Shown: piece after piece, positions 12,843 through 28,219 of the stretch | Numbering within the stretch: position 1 is the first letter of the stretch | Layout: every line of letters begins with the position of its first letter | Source of the DNA: Octopus vulgaris | Taxonomy: Eukaryota | Direction of reading: 5' to 3' | Length of the DNA: 64,000 nt | NCBI GenBank assembly: GCA_951406725.2 | Contig: OX597828.1 | Location: forward strand, 18,166,001-18,230,000 | Notes under the pieces: generated by a model | The model's input: only the letters and a program-made list of their open reading frames with translations | Database searches by the model: none | What the model was told of the DNA's origin: nothing | Program-made: the position numbers and the translations under genes

Positions 12843-13700
12843 TAGGGTGCGATGAGCAAAGTGACGTCCAAGTTGCGCTAAAATGAAAATAACACTGATA
12901 TCTCATCTTAAAAGATATATTTACCAAAATTAAATAAAAATATCTTCAAATACTAAAGAGTAAATTTATTCAAAAAATCTCTATTAGCTTGGACCACGGC
13001 CTCCAGACGACTTCGGAATTTCCTGCAACTCTTCTGCGCGTCTCCATGTTTAAGTTGGTGAATGCTGCCTTAATCCTTGCTTTCAGTTCAGCTTTGGTAT
13101 TACAAGATTTCCTGGTCGCTCGCTCAACTGCGCCCCACACATAATAATCGATGGGGTTGCAACCTGAGGTGTTAGGTGGCCATATGTTAGAGGTGATGTC
13201 GCAGAAATTGTCTGACAGCCATGAGTGTGCTCTTCGTCTTGTATGCATGCTGCAGAGTCCTGTTGTCATACATAGGGTGTTACACCAGCCACCCTCTGGA
13301 CCCAAGACAGCAGTACTTCCTCCAGACACTTGATTTAGGCCTCCGTGTTGATTTTGAGGCCCCATGGGAAGATGAAGGGAGGCATAGCTCCATCATTACT
13401 AGTGATCACTCCAAACACCATGTTGACTGGATGTTTGACTTTTATCACACTTGGTACATGTTTTGGGGACTCAGATTGACACCCAACACTCTGAAATGTT
13501 CGTATTGCAGCTTCTGGCACAAATGCTAAGCCGTAGAGCATATCATTTCCAAATTTCTCACAGAGTGAATTGCGTCATGGTGCTGTTTTCTCACAGAGGG
13601 TTCCCAACTGACCCTACAATACTGCGTAGTGGAAAAACAAACAATGTGTATGCACGAAATTTAAAGTATAAAATGGCGACAATTGACTCACCGCAGCCTG
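12843..13700 (-). mobile_element. Tc1/mariner element, maT (DD37D)-like, internally deleted and inactive
   Basis: Imperfect TIRs (tagggtgcgatgagcaaagtg / caattgactcaccgcagcctg) flanked by TA. Transposase fragments KHPVNMVFGVITSNDGAMPPFIF, QQDSAA and WPPNTSGCNPIDYYVWGAVE are present; the N-terminal part is missing. Confidence 0.8.
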
Positions 13701-13754
13701 TATATGTATGTGTGTATATATTCATACATACATTCATACATACATACATGTATA

Positions 13755-13798
<44 letters not shown>

Positions 13799-13896
13799 GA
13801 CATATATACACACATATATATATACACACATTCCTGCGCGTACATATGTATGTACATGTGTACGTAAAAGTAAATGACTACCACCTCTAAAGCATG

Positions 13897-13946
<50 letters not shown>

Positions 13947-13997
13947 TATATACATATATATATATACATATATATACATATATAGATATCTATATAA

Positions 13998-14060
<63 letters not shown>

Positions 14061-14571
14061 TAGATATACATACATATATATATATGTATGTATGTATATA
14101 TACACTCATACATACACACATATGCATTTACTTTTTCTTAATACTCTCCATTCTCTTTCAGTCTTTCACTCTGAGGCAATCATCTCAGATATCCAAAGCC
14201 AAAACTACATTGTGACTATATGAAAAGCATAGTCAGAGTGCGGGCAATATGGCTGTATAGCGAAATAATCAATAGTTTTATAATACACGTATATATTTAT
14301 TGTTTATGAACTCGAAACATACATGCGGATATTATTTGCAATATTCACAAAATCTTCCGAGATGTATCTCCACTTCAATGGACCTAGTATAAGAGGACCT
14401 ATATAAATGGCTTTAGGATTTACAAGTTCCCTTCAGCTAACTCTCTTATATATCAGCTTCATACAGAAAATATCAAAGGAATGTTCTTAGTGATAATCAA
14501 ATCAGAGGGAATCAATGCATACATATATATGCATATACATAAATGCATATGCATAGATATACATAGATACA

Positions 14572-14621
<50 letters not shown>

Positions 14622-14683
14622 CATACATATATATATGTATGTATATGTACATATATATATACATACATTCATATATATATGTG

Positions 14684-14721
<38 letters not shown>

Positions 14722-15351
14722 AAAAAAAGTAAGAGTGACCAAAGAATCCTTATATTTGTCAACCTCTAGAATTCTGAGAAGTAGAAAAAAATGATGGATA
14801 TAAAACGGAGGATGTGTGAATATGTGACAGATGAAGGAGAAGTGTGTTTGTGTACATGTGAGTATGTATATATGTGTATATACATATATATATATATATA
14901 TACACAATTATGTATGTATTTGTGTGTATTTGTGTGTATGTATTTTGTATGTATGTATGCATGTATGTATGTTTGTATGTAGGCATCTATATATCATTCA
15001 AAGAACTCGGAGAAAGAAAGAGACAGGTGGTGGGAAGGAAGAGAGCGGGGATTTCGCTTCTTCTCAGATCATCTGTCAGAACGTAAACTGCCATGTGGAA
15101 TAGGAAAAGTTCGTTGCATTTAACACTACAACAAAACGTTCGCTACACGTCTCCAGGAAATGGAAGCATAGCACTGTCTTCCATTCAGAGCGGTGAACAC
15201 CTTTGAAAGCAGCATACAACTGGCTCCACTGATTCAAACTATGGGAGAGCATATATGATACAGAATAATCAATGTAATTAAAAACAACAGCAACAAAACT
15301 AGCGATATTATGCTTCCATGATAAATATATAGATACATAGATAATACATAA

Positions 15352-15438
<87 letters not shown>

Positions 15439-15536
15439 CACGTATTTTCATGCACACATATATATATACATCCATATATATTCTTTTTATATATTCATAT
15501 ATATTCAGATATGAGCACACATACGTGTATGTATGC

Positions 15537-15581
<45 letters not shown>

Positions 15582-15694
15582 TGTGTGTGTGTGTGTATGT
15601 TTGTATGTATTTATATAGATAGATAGATATGTATTTATACATATATATGTATATACATTTATATATACATATATATATACATAGATACACATAA

Positions 15695-15743
<49 letters not shown>

Positions 15744-16015
15744 AGGCATATCCAGGCTTCACTCGCGACGAAATAGTATGGTTACCAAATATATACAGCG
15801 CTGGCTTCACCAGCAACAGTCCCGTACTCTCGTAACCAATACAACTACGGTTAACTAGACCTACCAGAAATGAAGTGATTTGCTTAAGGTCACGCTGGCA
15901 TCCGTTCGCTACCATAATCGAAATCACCTAAACAGTGATCAGTTCGCTACCATATTTGAAACCTCGAAGAAATAAACACACACGCACACACACACATACA
16001 ACTACGCCGACTCTG

Positions 16016-16098
<83 letters not shown>

Positions 16099-16248
16099 TA
16101 CATGCAAGCATGTCAAACTTATAGGTCACTTGCTGAGCCGAGCTTTTTGTTACTGCTTCACGCGCCTGTGATGTTATGGCCAGACATACGCGCCGTGTCG
16201 GCTATTCCACCCTTGATCCAGCGGAGCATTACAATATTTATTTACTAT

Positions 16249-16676
16249 AGGCGCAGGAGTGGCTGTGTGATAAGTAGCTTGCTTGCCAACCACATGGTTC
16301 TGGGTTCAGTCGCACTGCATAGCAACTTAGACAAGTGTCTTCTACTATAGCCTCGGTTCGACGAAAGCTTTGTGAGTGGACTAGGTAGACGGAAACTGAA
16401 AGAAGCCCGTGATATATATATGTATGTATATAGATATATATATACATATGTATGCGTGTGTATATGTTGTATTTGGGTCTGTCCCCCCAACATCGCTTGA
16501 CAACCGATGCTGGTGTGTTTACGTACCCGTAATCTAGCGCTTCGGCAAAAGAGACCGATAGAATAAGTACTACGCTTACAAAGAATCTGTCCAGGGGTCG
16601 ATTCGATTCGACTAAAGGTGATGCTCCAGCATGGTCGCAGTCAAATGACTGAAACAAGTAAAAGAGTAAAAGAGTA
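16249..16676 (+). mobile_element. SINE family A, full length
   Basis: Pol III A/B-box-like head (tggctgtgtgata / gggttcagtc), internal TA/TG tract and tail ...gcagtcaaatgactgaaacaagtaaaagag. Confidence 0.9.
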
Positions 16677-17257
16677 GTCAAGATCCTAAATTAGTTTGTA
16701 AAAGGTGAGAAATGTGCGTAAACTAACAGTTTTTATCGTATAATACCTCAGAAACACATCTTCAGATTTTATTAACCAATCAGCGGACGAATTCGGTGTT
16801 GCCTGTGTACCGAATAACTAACATGTCAAAACAGTTTTTGTTTTGTTTTTTTTTTAATTTTGTTTAAATGGACATCTTTAATTATACCAAGGTTTTATGT
16901 ATTTCGTTCTGAATGTAATTATGAAAGGCTTCTGTTACAGGCTCAGGGTGTTTGGTTAAGAGCTCGTTTTAAAATCATGGGTTTCATTGACCAAAGCTTT
17001 TCTCATATAAGACCGGGCCAACAATATTCTGAGAGCAAATTTAGCTGATTGAATCTGTGTAGAAACTCGTTGTATGTGTGTGTGTATATGTATGTGCGCG
17101 TCGCTTGTGCGTGTGTGTGTCTATGTATGTAGCTATGTATGCATGTGTGCGTGTGTGTGTGTCTATGTATGTTTTTCACCACCAATATCACCATCGTTCG
17201 ATGATGAGTTTTGGTTTCCTTACGTGCTCAGAACTTCGACAAAAGGAAACAAGACGT

Positions 17258-17665
17258 GCGAGCTGGCAGAATCGTTAGCACGCCGGGCGAAATACTTAGC
17301 GTTATTTCGTCTGTCTTTACGTTCTGAGTTCAAATTCCGCCGAGGTCGACTTAGCCTTTCATCCTTTCGGGGTCGATAAATTAAATACCAGTTACGCACT
17401 GGGGTCGATATAGTCGACTTAATCCGTTTGTCTGTCCTTGTTTGTCCTCTCTGTGCTTAACCCCTTGTGGTTGGTAATGAAATAGGTATTTCGTCTGTCT
17501 TTATATTCTGAGTTCAAATTCCGCCGAGGTCGACTTAGCCTTTCATCGTTTCGGGGTCGATAATTTTAGTACCAGTTACGCACTGGGGTCGATATAATCG
17601 ACTCAATCCCTTTGTCTGTCCTTGTTTGTACCCTCTCTGTTTAGACCCTTGTGGGCAATAAATAA
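17258..17665 (+). mobile_element. SINE family B, tandem dimer
   Basis: The body repeats from gtatttcgtctg at about 17486. aaaggaaacaagacgtgcgag occurs at both flanks (about 17242 and 17666), resembling a TSD. Confidence 0.85.
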
Positions 17666-17680
17666 AAAGGAAACAAGACG

Positions 17681-17740
<60 letters not shown>

Positions 17741-18687
17741 GAACGACTGAAGCAAAAATAGATTTTTACGTGACAAACTAACATCGATATTTTACCTTAC
17801 ACTAACACTTGTACTCAACTACCTCCATAGTACAACTTTCACTTTTTCTACATTTCCTTTCTGGACTAATTCTTGTTTCCCCTCAAGGAAGTTTAGGATG
17901 CAAGGTGCTTTTTTTTTGTTCATGCATTATTCTCTACTGTATCAGACTCCCTACGCTGCTATTATTCGTGGGGACGAGAAATGGCGGTGTTGGTTCGAGA
18001 TAAACAGACAAACTTCAACGCTTATAGGTATGCATATAGATTCTTCCGTCATCTCTTAATATCCTTTTCAGCAGTTTGTATTATGTTATTGTTTGATTTT
18101 CCTTCTATTCACCATTGTAAAACATCATATCTCGACTAACCCACACAATTCAAGTGCAACTTTTAAGGCTGCTGCGGTATATTATAACCTCTTCGCTCCA
18201 GTTTGTTCCATTTTTCTAAAAACATCTTTTGTAGGAAAAAGGAATTTTTTTCGGTTTTTTTTTTGTACTTTATGCAGCAGTGCCAAATCTTCTACGTTAC
18301 ATCTACAAACTTGTTCTTATAATTCAATATAGAGGTTTCTTTTTTAGACAAGAGTCTTTTAGATTAGTGTTACGTTCTGAAACATTGAATCCAAGTTTGC
18401 TTATTTCCACTTTGTTGTCTTTTTACTCCCTTCTCTAGCATCTCCTTTGATTATTCTTCAGATATTTCGTAGCACTTGAAAGTGGTCTCAATCATATCTC
18501 CTTTGCTTAAGTGCTCCATGACAATTTATGCCTAAGTGCTACATGGCTGTATGTTCTTCAAGTTAGACTATTTCCATCTGCACTCACATTTATTGGAATA
18601 TTTCCAAATTCCAAATTTTCAGGTTTACTAAGCCGGAAGTCTGACCAAGAAAGTAGTACGCTCTCTATATCTTCCCACTCTCTTTCC

Positions 18688-18721
<34 letters not shown>

Positions 18722-18788
18722 GTTCTTTCTCTCTCTCTTTCTCTTGAACCGGTCGCATTCATTCTGTGTGTTCACCTGCTGCGCGTTG

Positions 18789-18879
<91 letters not shown>

Positions 18880-19539
18880 ATACATATATGTATATATATA
18901 TATATATATATATGAATATATATCATGTGTATACACAAACACACACATATATATATGCAAGTACATACGAATACTTATCAATATTTCTTGTAGAAAATTA
19001 TTAACAAATAAAATTATAATCAATTACCTTTAGACATTTTTTGTTGATTTTGCCCAAAGAGTATATGCAAAACTTCTTGAAACAGTTCTTCGTATGTATT
19101 TAAATAGTTTGGCTTCCAGACTCTTTGTGGTTATTCGAGCAACGGAGACACCTCTGATGCGACCAATAAGGGTTGAAAATCAACCAATCAGATTTGAAAA
19201 TCGATTAAGACCGGTCCTTACTTCTTTTAATGCTCGGAGAAATAAACAAATATATGTTCATGAGTCTACTACGTAGGTCTCCTTAGTACTGATGTTACTC
19301 CAGGAAGTAAAATGAAATTTATGACATTATTCCCTTTCTGTTCATTTTAGTTCCAATGTGGTTTTTTTTTACTATACCTTTAAATTCTCTGCAATGCGGC
19401 TAACAAAACCTCATCTTATTTAGACGCGATTTGAAACCGATAATGTTTATGCCAACTGCAAGAATCATTCGCCAAGTGTATTAGCAGTGTGACTGAAGAG
19501 AACGAGAACGGACCTTAACAAAGGATAATGAGTAATGTC

Positions 19540-20120
19540 CCCTTCCTGAGTCATAGATTCATAGGACCGGTTTCTCGGTTGCTATGGTGCATTTATTCCC
19601 TACCTAGACATGGCACCGGTCTCCCGTAGGATTATTCATTTTTCCAGATGAGTGGATTGGAGCAAAGTTGAAATGAAGTGTTTTGCTCAAGAACTCAACG
19701 CATCACCCGGTTCAGGAATCGAAACTGCAATCTTTCGATCATGAGTTCAACTTCATGACCACTAAGCCACGTGCCTTCTCAACGGATCTTAACCGGAAAC
19801 TGAAAATATGCCATTGTTAATTATTTATTTCCTTATATAAATTAAAAAACAGCTGAAATATATTTGAGCCATATGTTTGAAGCTGTTTCGTGTCATGGGA
19901 CAGTTTATTTGGCTTTTATTGCTTATAAGTATCCGAGATCATAACACTCCGTTGGAACGAGACGCCAGATCATGGTTACTCTTTTATATCTAAAAAGTTT
20001 GGGGCAACGTGGAATGAAATGTCTTGCTCAAGAACATAACGTACCGCCCGATACAGGAATCGAAACCACGATCATGCGACCATGAATGAAATACCCTAAC
20101 CCTCAAGCCACACGCCTTCA
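19540..20120 (-). mobile_element. Two tRNA-derived SINE family C copies (about 19540-19780 and 19935-20120)
   Basis: Reverse complements begin gaaggc(a/g)cgtggctt, have a B-box-like tttcgattcct and gttcttgagcaa, and are related to the copies at 38311 and 63896. Confidence 0.75.
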
Positions 20121-20810
20121 CAGAGTTCACAACGATGCAATCTTAAATCAGCGATTAATTAAATACCGCAAAACATTTTGTCCGACGCACAAACGCTTTT
20201 GCTGACAAAGAAAGAACAGGTCTTCATTTGCTTTATCATGAAACCTAATTAATTGACAAGTGTGAAAAATCATTAATCGTTGAACTAAATATAGTCTGGT
20301 TTTTAGTTTCGACACTCGAGGTCCTGAATTCAAAATACGGCCAGGCTGATTTTTGTCTCCCATCATTATCATTTTATTTTATATATTTATTTATCCATTT
20401 AATCATGTATTTATTTATTCAAGAATTCACGAAATCGGTAACAGCAATCCTTTCGAAAATACAATTCTCCGGTGAAAAAAAAAAATTCTTATTTTATCTA
20501 TTTAAATAAAATAATCAATATTTGTTAATTTGAATTTCTTATTTAGTGAATGGTATTAATTATATAGTGAACTGGCATTTATTTGAACATTTGTTAAATG
20601 ACTGCAAAAATAAAAAAAACAGAAACAAACAAGAAAAAATATATCAATGAATAAATAAATGAATAAATAAATGAAACATTAAAAAAATACGGAGAAGATT
20701 GAAAGATTAAAACGAAAGAAAAAAAGATTTGAGAATATGAATGAAAGTAAAGCCATTGAAAGTTTGACCAAGTAATGTTTTTTAAGAGAAAACTACATAT
20801 AATAATAATG

Positions 20811-20863
<53 letters not shown>

Positions 20864-22807
20864 CAACGTCAGTAAATCTTTCGCTAGCGTGATGGCGAAA
20901 GATTAATGATTTGAAGTTTATTTTCATTCATCGGATAACGATCAATCGTTATCTAATAAATCACAAACATATAACTACATATAGCGGGAGGTGAGGAAAG
21001 AAGATTTTCGATTTAAGCTATTTGAGAAATATTTGAAGCAATCTAAATAAAAACATATATAGTTTATAATGTAATTTATATATATATATATATATATAAG
21101 TCAAACTACTGCAGCATCTATAAAATAATTGGAAGCATAAAAACAAGTTATATCTTTTAAGCTTAAATATTCTTCTCGGTATACTCCAATATTATATTTT
21201 TCTTTAGCACAGAAATAATTAATTGGAACTCTCTAAGTCATTTCTTCGATGTTCTTCGAGTTTTTGTTGTGATTCTTGTTGTTGTTGCTGTTGATTTTTG
21301 TCTTTATTGCTCCAAATATAACGAAAATTGCAATTTAGGAGAATTTTCCGTAACCTAAAATTATAAGAGACGTAGTAAGATTTTACTGTTCTCTATGTTA
21401 AAAATCAATTTCCACACTTCGTCGTAGAGTGATTTTAGTATGTATAACGGTTATAGATTGGTTTTATTTTGTTACAAGGCGACGTAAATGAATTTTTAAG
21501 CTCGTTTATAAGATTCCTCGCGGACACGAATGTGACGTTATATTATTTTTTTCTTCATCTATACATCTTTCCCAATAGTGCTCTATATAAAATACAGTTA
21601 CGCTTCTGGTCCTACAAACCCTTCTTAATACGCTAAACTTATTTCGTAGTTTATTATAAATCCACCACCTATAGAAGCTTTTCTAAACGGTTTAACGACT
21701 CAGAATGAAATTATGACATTAGCCATTTACTTCGGCTTTTCAGTGGTAATTTGATTGTAAATTCATTCCAGGATGTCTTTAGGCAGTTATCAAATATTCG
21801 TAGATAATCAAAACGTATATAAGCATAGTCACTGAAATAATATAGTCTATTGGTTGTTTCCATCAGTATGACTCAGGAATGAAGCGCAAATAGAGAAGAT
21901 GTGTGCATGTATATCTAAGATTAACTCGAAACGTTACGCTTCGGAAACTGGGAAATTTCGTGTGAAAGGAATTATGCTTCATTTGTTGTTAGTTCATAAA
22001 TCTATCGACCAGATAATCCTTCTACGTAATTATAATTATATTTCTGATCCGCCATTCCTCAAACAAACTGTTTCTGCTAGCAACTCTACAATCCATATTC
22101 TTGTTCACATATTCTTCCGAATTCTTCTACTCCGTCCTCAAGTCAAGTTCTCGTTGGTAATATGTGTAGAATTTCGTGACCGAAGGAAAGATATCTTAAG
22201 GTGGGAAGCGATCTACATACCATATGCATGAAGAGTAGAGTCCCATTAAAGATAATAATATGAACCATAACAAAAAAAAAAAAGAGAGAAATTAAAACAC
22301 AAACTAATATTAGTTTTACCTTGATTCCAAACAATTCCTCTTGTTACTCTCATCAGCGTTCGAAATAACACAAACCAGTTAATCACTGGTTGGAAACTAA
22401 TAACCAACAACGTTATTGTCTACCAGTTGTCATAGAAAATGAGTAAAATAAATAGAAACGATATATTTATAGAGAAGAATGAATATAGAGAATTATGGGA
22501 AATCAGACTAGTTAGTAACAATCGATGGTTTGATTGTGATTGAATACCATCATTTCAGTTATTTTGTTGTGAAGATGAAGTCAGATGAACTAAGATATTA
22601 CATATGAGAGATGTTAGAACTGCTAGACATCCGTTACAATGTAATATATACGCGAAACTATTATTTATCTACAATATCATTTGGTGAAGCCATAATGATA
22701 TCTTTGCTAATTGTATGTATATATAATATTGCTATTCAACACGATTGTTCGCTTTTATATAAAATACCAAACGTTTTGTATATAGGGCTTCGTACTAGAT
22801 ATATTAA

Positions 22808-22956
22808 AGGCGGCGAATTGGCAGAATCGTTAGTACGTCGAAAAAAATGCTTAGGCTTCTGGTTTTCAAATCCTGCCGAGGTCAACTTTGCCTTTCATCC
22901 CTTCGGGGTCCGTAAAAAAAATAACAGTCAAGTAACGGGTTCGATGAAGTCGATTT
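22808..22956 (+). mobile_element. SINE family B fragment
   Basis: aaggcggcgaattggcagaatcgttag...gccgaggtcaactttgcctttcatcc. Confidence 0.8.
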
Positions 22957-23249
22957 GTCCTGTTCTGTTGGTGGTGGTGGTGGTGGTGGTGGTGGTGGTG
23001 GTTGCAATTTCTTGAATCAGCACAGATTTAGCAGACCTATAATGAAAAAATTTACTTGCAGCAGTGATCGGCCTATCTTACTTCCTGACATAGTGTATCT
23101 AGGAATATATCACCCAAGATATATTGCAAGAGAGTAGCTGAATGGTAGCTCCTCAAGTCTGTGACCCCTCAGAATTCTGGTTTTGCTGCATCTAATGCAA
23201 ATACAATGAAGAAATGCTACTAATTTCATGACATTCACACACAAGCACA

Positions 23250-23605
<356 letters not shown>

Positions 23606-23714
23606 ATGACTTCCCACGCTGGAGACAAATTTTACGCTCGGTGATGGAGTGAGAGGAAGAGAAACTGGACCTTGGCACCAAAAAAAAAAAAAAAAAGCGA
23701 GCTCGAAGAAAGGA

Positions 23715-24042
23715 AAAGTCATTATTCACTTATATTTGGAGATTTCTTGCCAATAGAGGGAGATCCGGTTCCTAACCAAGATCCAAGTCTCTTTCATTGG
23801 AAATTCAACATCAGAAACGGATATTTTTGTATGCATGTATATGTGCAGATTTAAATGTTTTGTTTTATTTGTGTCTTCTCATACATATATTTGCATATTT
23901 AGACATGCTCATATATAATTAAGTGATAAACTTTTGGAAAGTTTTACAGATTTTTATAGTTCCAGTGATGGCTGGAATCAGCTTTCTCCTCTGAGGTTTT
24001 GAGTAGCCTAATTTCTCAAAATTGGTATTTACACAGTGCCTC
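23715..24042 (-). mobile_element. RLE-type non-LTR retrotransposon 3' end (ORF C-terminus plus 3' UTR)
   Basis: HCVNTNFEKLGYSKPQRRKLI...ITGTIKICKTFQKFI matches the plus copy at 46460-46780, and the UTR matches 46120-46235 and 46795-46905. Confidence 0.75.
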
Positions 24043-24220
24043 ATACATACATACATACATACATACATACATACATACATACATACATACATACATACAT
24101 ACATACATACATACTTACATACATACATACATACATGCATACATTACGTACGTACATGAGTAGCCTAATTTCTCAAAATTGGTATTTACACAGTGCCTCA
24201 TACATACATACATACATACA

Positions 24221-24254
<34 letters not shown>

Positions 24255-24460
24255 CATACTTACATACATACATACATACATGCATACATTACGTACGTAC
24301 ATGAGTAGCCTAATTTCTCAAAATTGGTATTTACACAGTGCCTCATACATACATACATACATACATACATACATACATACATACATACATACATACGTAC
24401 ATACATACATACAAATATATATACTTACATACATACAAACATACATTACGTACGTACATG
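24001..24460. repeat. Triple tandem duplication of a LINE-fragment + (CATA)n junction
   Basis: The identical block gagtagcctaatttctcaaaattggtatttacacagtgcct starts at 24001, 24158 and 24303 (periods 157 and 145 bp, differing by 3 CATA units). Confidence 0.9.
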
Positions 24461-25847
24461 TTTATGTATGTATTTTAAGTAGTGAGTCGATGCTGTTACA
24501 TAGGAGTGATGTAGGTCATGAAAACTACATTTAAACAAAGAGATGAGTGAATACAGAACAAAGGAATGGACAAACTGATAAAGAAGCAACTTCTTGCTGC
24601 TTACACGGTCCGTCTATAGTTTAAATAGCATTCGTTATCTTTTGAGACATGATGGCTTAGCTGAATGGTGAAGCGGTGCTATGCAGATAGAGGGACCTTA
24701 TGTCGAAAGCCTTACACAAATAAAGATCACGAGAAAGCTCCTTAACAACCTAAGTGAACTAGAGGCTCAGTTTCATTGTAAGTTATAGGAGAAAAAACGC
24801 AATGAGAATATAGAAGAGATGGAGAATCTGAAAGGAAGTCGAAGCTGGAGAAGAAGAAAATTGTGAGGGGATACTTGAAGGTCAAATCAACTGGTTGCAG
24901 AGAGATTCGCTTAGTAACGGGCTAAATTGTGGAACACAGATGTGTGAGGGGTCCTCAGTACCATTAAAAATCTTATTCATGTGTTTGTAGGTACATACCT
25001 TAACGTTAAAACACGCCATGTCTCTGTGTCGCGTGTCATTTTATTATCGTTTAATCATATCATATGATATACTCAGGACTATTCCGCACTTTTTTTCTTT
25101 TTTAGGAGTGAGTAGCCTCAGCAAGAAACGCACCAGGCATTCCATTCATTTCCCAGCTCAAAGGAGCGAGCCCCGTTTTATGCTCGGGTCAAGGTATAGA
25201 ACACAACCCCCAATAAAAACAGCTGGGCCCGACCATCATATTCTAGTTTATCGTTAAATAGATGTCGAAAATATGTAGCAGATAACTATGAGGTTATATG
25301 AGACTGTGAGCATATCGGCACACATCGAACTCGTCTGACAGTCAGCTTCGTCTCCTAATGAAATGTCTCGCCAATACAAAGATTCACTATTCTTCACCAA
25401 AATGTTTGTCCTTAATTGTTTCCGGCATCTACGTTGAAATAGTTTGTGAGATACGTTTATGGCTGTTATTCTGAAGTGTAATTATCTTTTTATTGATATA
25501 TCACCCAACTGATACGTAAACTAGAAGAATTTTTGTACCACTGTTTATGAAGTCTGTCCCATTTTTGATATTAATTCTACGAAGTCTATATGAAATGTCA
25601 CGCTTAGATGGTTTACTTGCTTCTCTATTCCTATAGTGTGTTGGGTATTTTGGTACCATTTCATATTGCGAAACCCCGCTATGAATATAGAAAGCTGATG
25701 TCTCTGTTGGAGGTCGCATAAACTACATCGCTTTATGTTACAATCACTTTCAAAATTTCTAACATGTCATCTAAGACCAACTACTAATCAGCAGAAAAGC
25801 ATTTCAATTTATATTCTGAGGTAGAGCAGAGCAATTTCCTTGGTTGT

Positions 25848-26135
25848 GGAGGCACATGGCCTAATGGTTAGAGCAACGGACTCGCGGTCGAGGGATCGCA
25901 GGTTCGAATCTTAGACTGGGTGATGTGTATGTTTATGAGCGAAACACCTAACCTCCACGCGGCTCTAGCAGAAGGTAATGACGAACTTCTGCTGACTCTT
26001 TCGCCACAACTTTCTCTCACTCTTTCCTCCTGCATCTTGCAGCTCACCAGGTGGGGAACCTATACGCCAAGGAAACCGGGAAACCGGCCCTTATGAGCCA
26101 GGCATGGCTCGAGAAGGAACAAACAAACAAACAAA
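25848..26135 (+). mobile_element. tRNA-derived SINE with (AAAC)n tail
   Basis: A box tggcctaatgg, B box ggttcgaatc and 3' ggaaaccggcccttatgagcc. Confidence 0.8.
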
Positions 26136-26522
26136 TTTTCTTGGTTGTGTACTCTTGGAGAAGAGTCGAAAATACATTTTTTTTTTTTACTTTTATTGCT
26201 ATTTATCACATGTACGCAGACCTGAACTATAGATGAATTTCAATTCCTGGTAGTTTACAAATATGGTCGAAGAAATATGATGCAACATCTGAAGGCTGTT
26301 TGAAACAATGTTAAGCACCTCTACTCCCGTGTTTGATTTCGGTAAATGCGGTTAACATCAGTAATGATGCGAAATTTATGGTAATGCTTAGCATATTTTG
26401 TGTTTTAACAACAATCATTCGGGTTTCAACTAGTGTCCAGTTAACAGGTCAAATAGGCCAGCACTCACAAGGAGAAGGATTACGTCGATTACATTGACCC
26501 CGATGTTTAACTGGTCCTTATT

Positions 26523-26870
26523 TGTGGTAAGTAGCTTGCTTACGAACCACGAAGTTCCAGGTTCAGTTCCACTGCGTGGCACCTTGGTCGAGTGTCTTCT
26601 ACTATAGCCTCGGGCCAACCAAAGCCTTGTGAGTGGATTTGGTAGACAGAAACTGAAAGAAGCCCGTCGTAAATATGTATATGTATATATATGTATGTGT
26701 GTGTATATGTTTGTGTGACTGTGTTTGTTCCCATCGCCCCAACATCGCTTGACAACCGATGCTGGTGTGTTTGCGTCCCCGTAACTTAGTGGTTCGACAA
26801 AAGCGACCGACAGAATAAGTACTAAGGCTTACAAAGAATAAGTCCTGGGGTCGATTTGCTGCTCGACTAA
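26523..26870 (+). mobile_element. SINE family A, both ends trimmed
   Basis: Aligns with 39881-40295. Confidence 0.85.
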
Positions 26871-27475
26871 AGAGTAACCCCGAAAGAACGAAAGAAAAAG
26901 ATGACCTGGGCGGAATCGGAACTCAGAATTCCCAGCTCACCATCTCAAGCAAGTCAAAAGTTTAGATTATTACTAGTTTGGTAAAGCACATTGTGGACCA
27001 GCGGTTTATAGAAGTCGAATACTTGTGATGAGGTCTATACTTTATGTGCGCTTCTTTTCATCCTGTTACGAATTTTTTCTTTCAAATGCTATCATTGGAT
27101 ATATTTCGTTTTATCCTTAAGTAGCTGGAACCTTACGCCCTGAAGAAATAATCAACCGTTTATAAAAGAAATAACGTTTAGATTTTGGCTCGTTTCAGAA
27201 CAAAGTATGAAACCTTATCTTCACTAATCTCCATCCCTATATCTCTTGAGGATATCGTAAACAGGTCAGTGGTGCTCTTCACAACATTTGTAAGTTTTAT
27301 ACATTCTTTCACATCTCTTCCTCAGCCACGCAAATACACTTCAGATTTTTGTATATACTATTACAACGTCTGCAAAGAAACTGCGTTTGTTGTTGGTTCT
27401 GTTTTTCTGAGATTCAATCAAATAATATTCAGATTTACTCAACAAATGTTTAAGTCGTTTCCAACAGTTAACAGG

Positions 27476-27509
<34 letters not shown>

Positions 27510-27562
27510 AGAGAGAGAAGAGGAGAGAGAGAGGAGAGGAAGTGAGAAACCTTAAAATATTC

Positions 27563-27935
27563 ATTTCTACTTTAGGAACAAGGCCCGAAAATTTTGGGGG
27601 AACAGTCGATTAGATCGACCCCAGTAGGCAACTCGTACTTAATTTATTGACCCAGAAAGGATAGCGAAATCTGAACTCAGAACGTAAAGGCAGACGAAAT
27701 ACGCATTTCTTTACTACCCGCAAGGGGCTAAACACAAAGAGGACAAACAAGGACAGACAAACGGATTAAGTAGGTTATATCGACCCCAGTGCGTAACTGG
27801 TACTTATTTAATCGACCCCGAAAGGATGAAAGGCAAAGTCGACCTCGGCGGAACATCAACTCAGAACGTAGCGGCAGACGAACTACTGCTACGCATTTCG
27901 CCCGGCGTGCTAACGATTCTGCCAGCTCGCCGCTT
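27563..27935 (-). mobile_element. SINE family B, tandem dimer
   Basis: Reverse complement has the same dimer junction (gtaaagaaatgcgtatttcgtctg) as the copies at 17258 and 32452. Confidence 0.85.
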
Positions 27936-28219
27936 TACAAGACGCCTTAGAATATTCTGCTTTTCAGCCAGTGCTAGAAGATTCGTAGAGATTAATGGTA
28001 AACGTCATTATGTTACCTGAGATTCTGACAGGTGGCACACAACTTATACTTTATATTCTGGCATGTAACTAATCCCTAGTTTTTCACACTATGGGTGGTT
28101 TTGCTTTCGGTACCAAAATCTTTCAGTCAGTGCCAGCTAGGGTCATGTACTTATATGCCCATTTAACGCTTACTGGTAAAAGTCGATATATTGCCACAGA
28201 TAGAAGATTAGTTTTATAA

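Noticed and set aside
25848-25925. tRNA gene calls for A/B-box sequences here and at about 42990 and 61350
   Set aside because: They continue into SINE bodies and tails and no convincing cloverleaf is seen; treated as SINE heads.
27210-27350. Possible LINE RT fragment on the minus strand (SSRDIGMEISEDK)
   Set aside because: Only one short motif resembles DIGMEFGLDKC; insufficient support.
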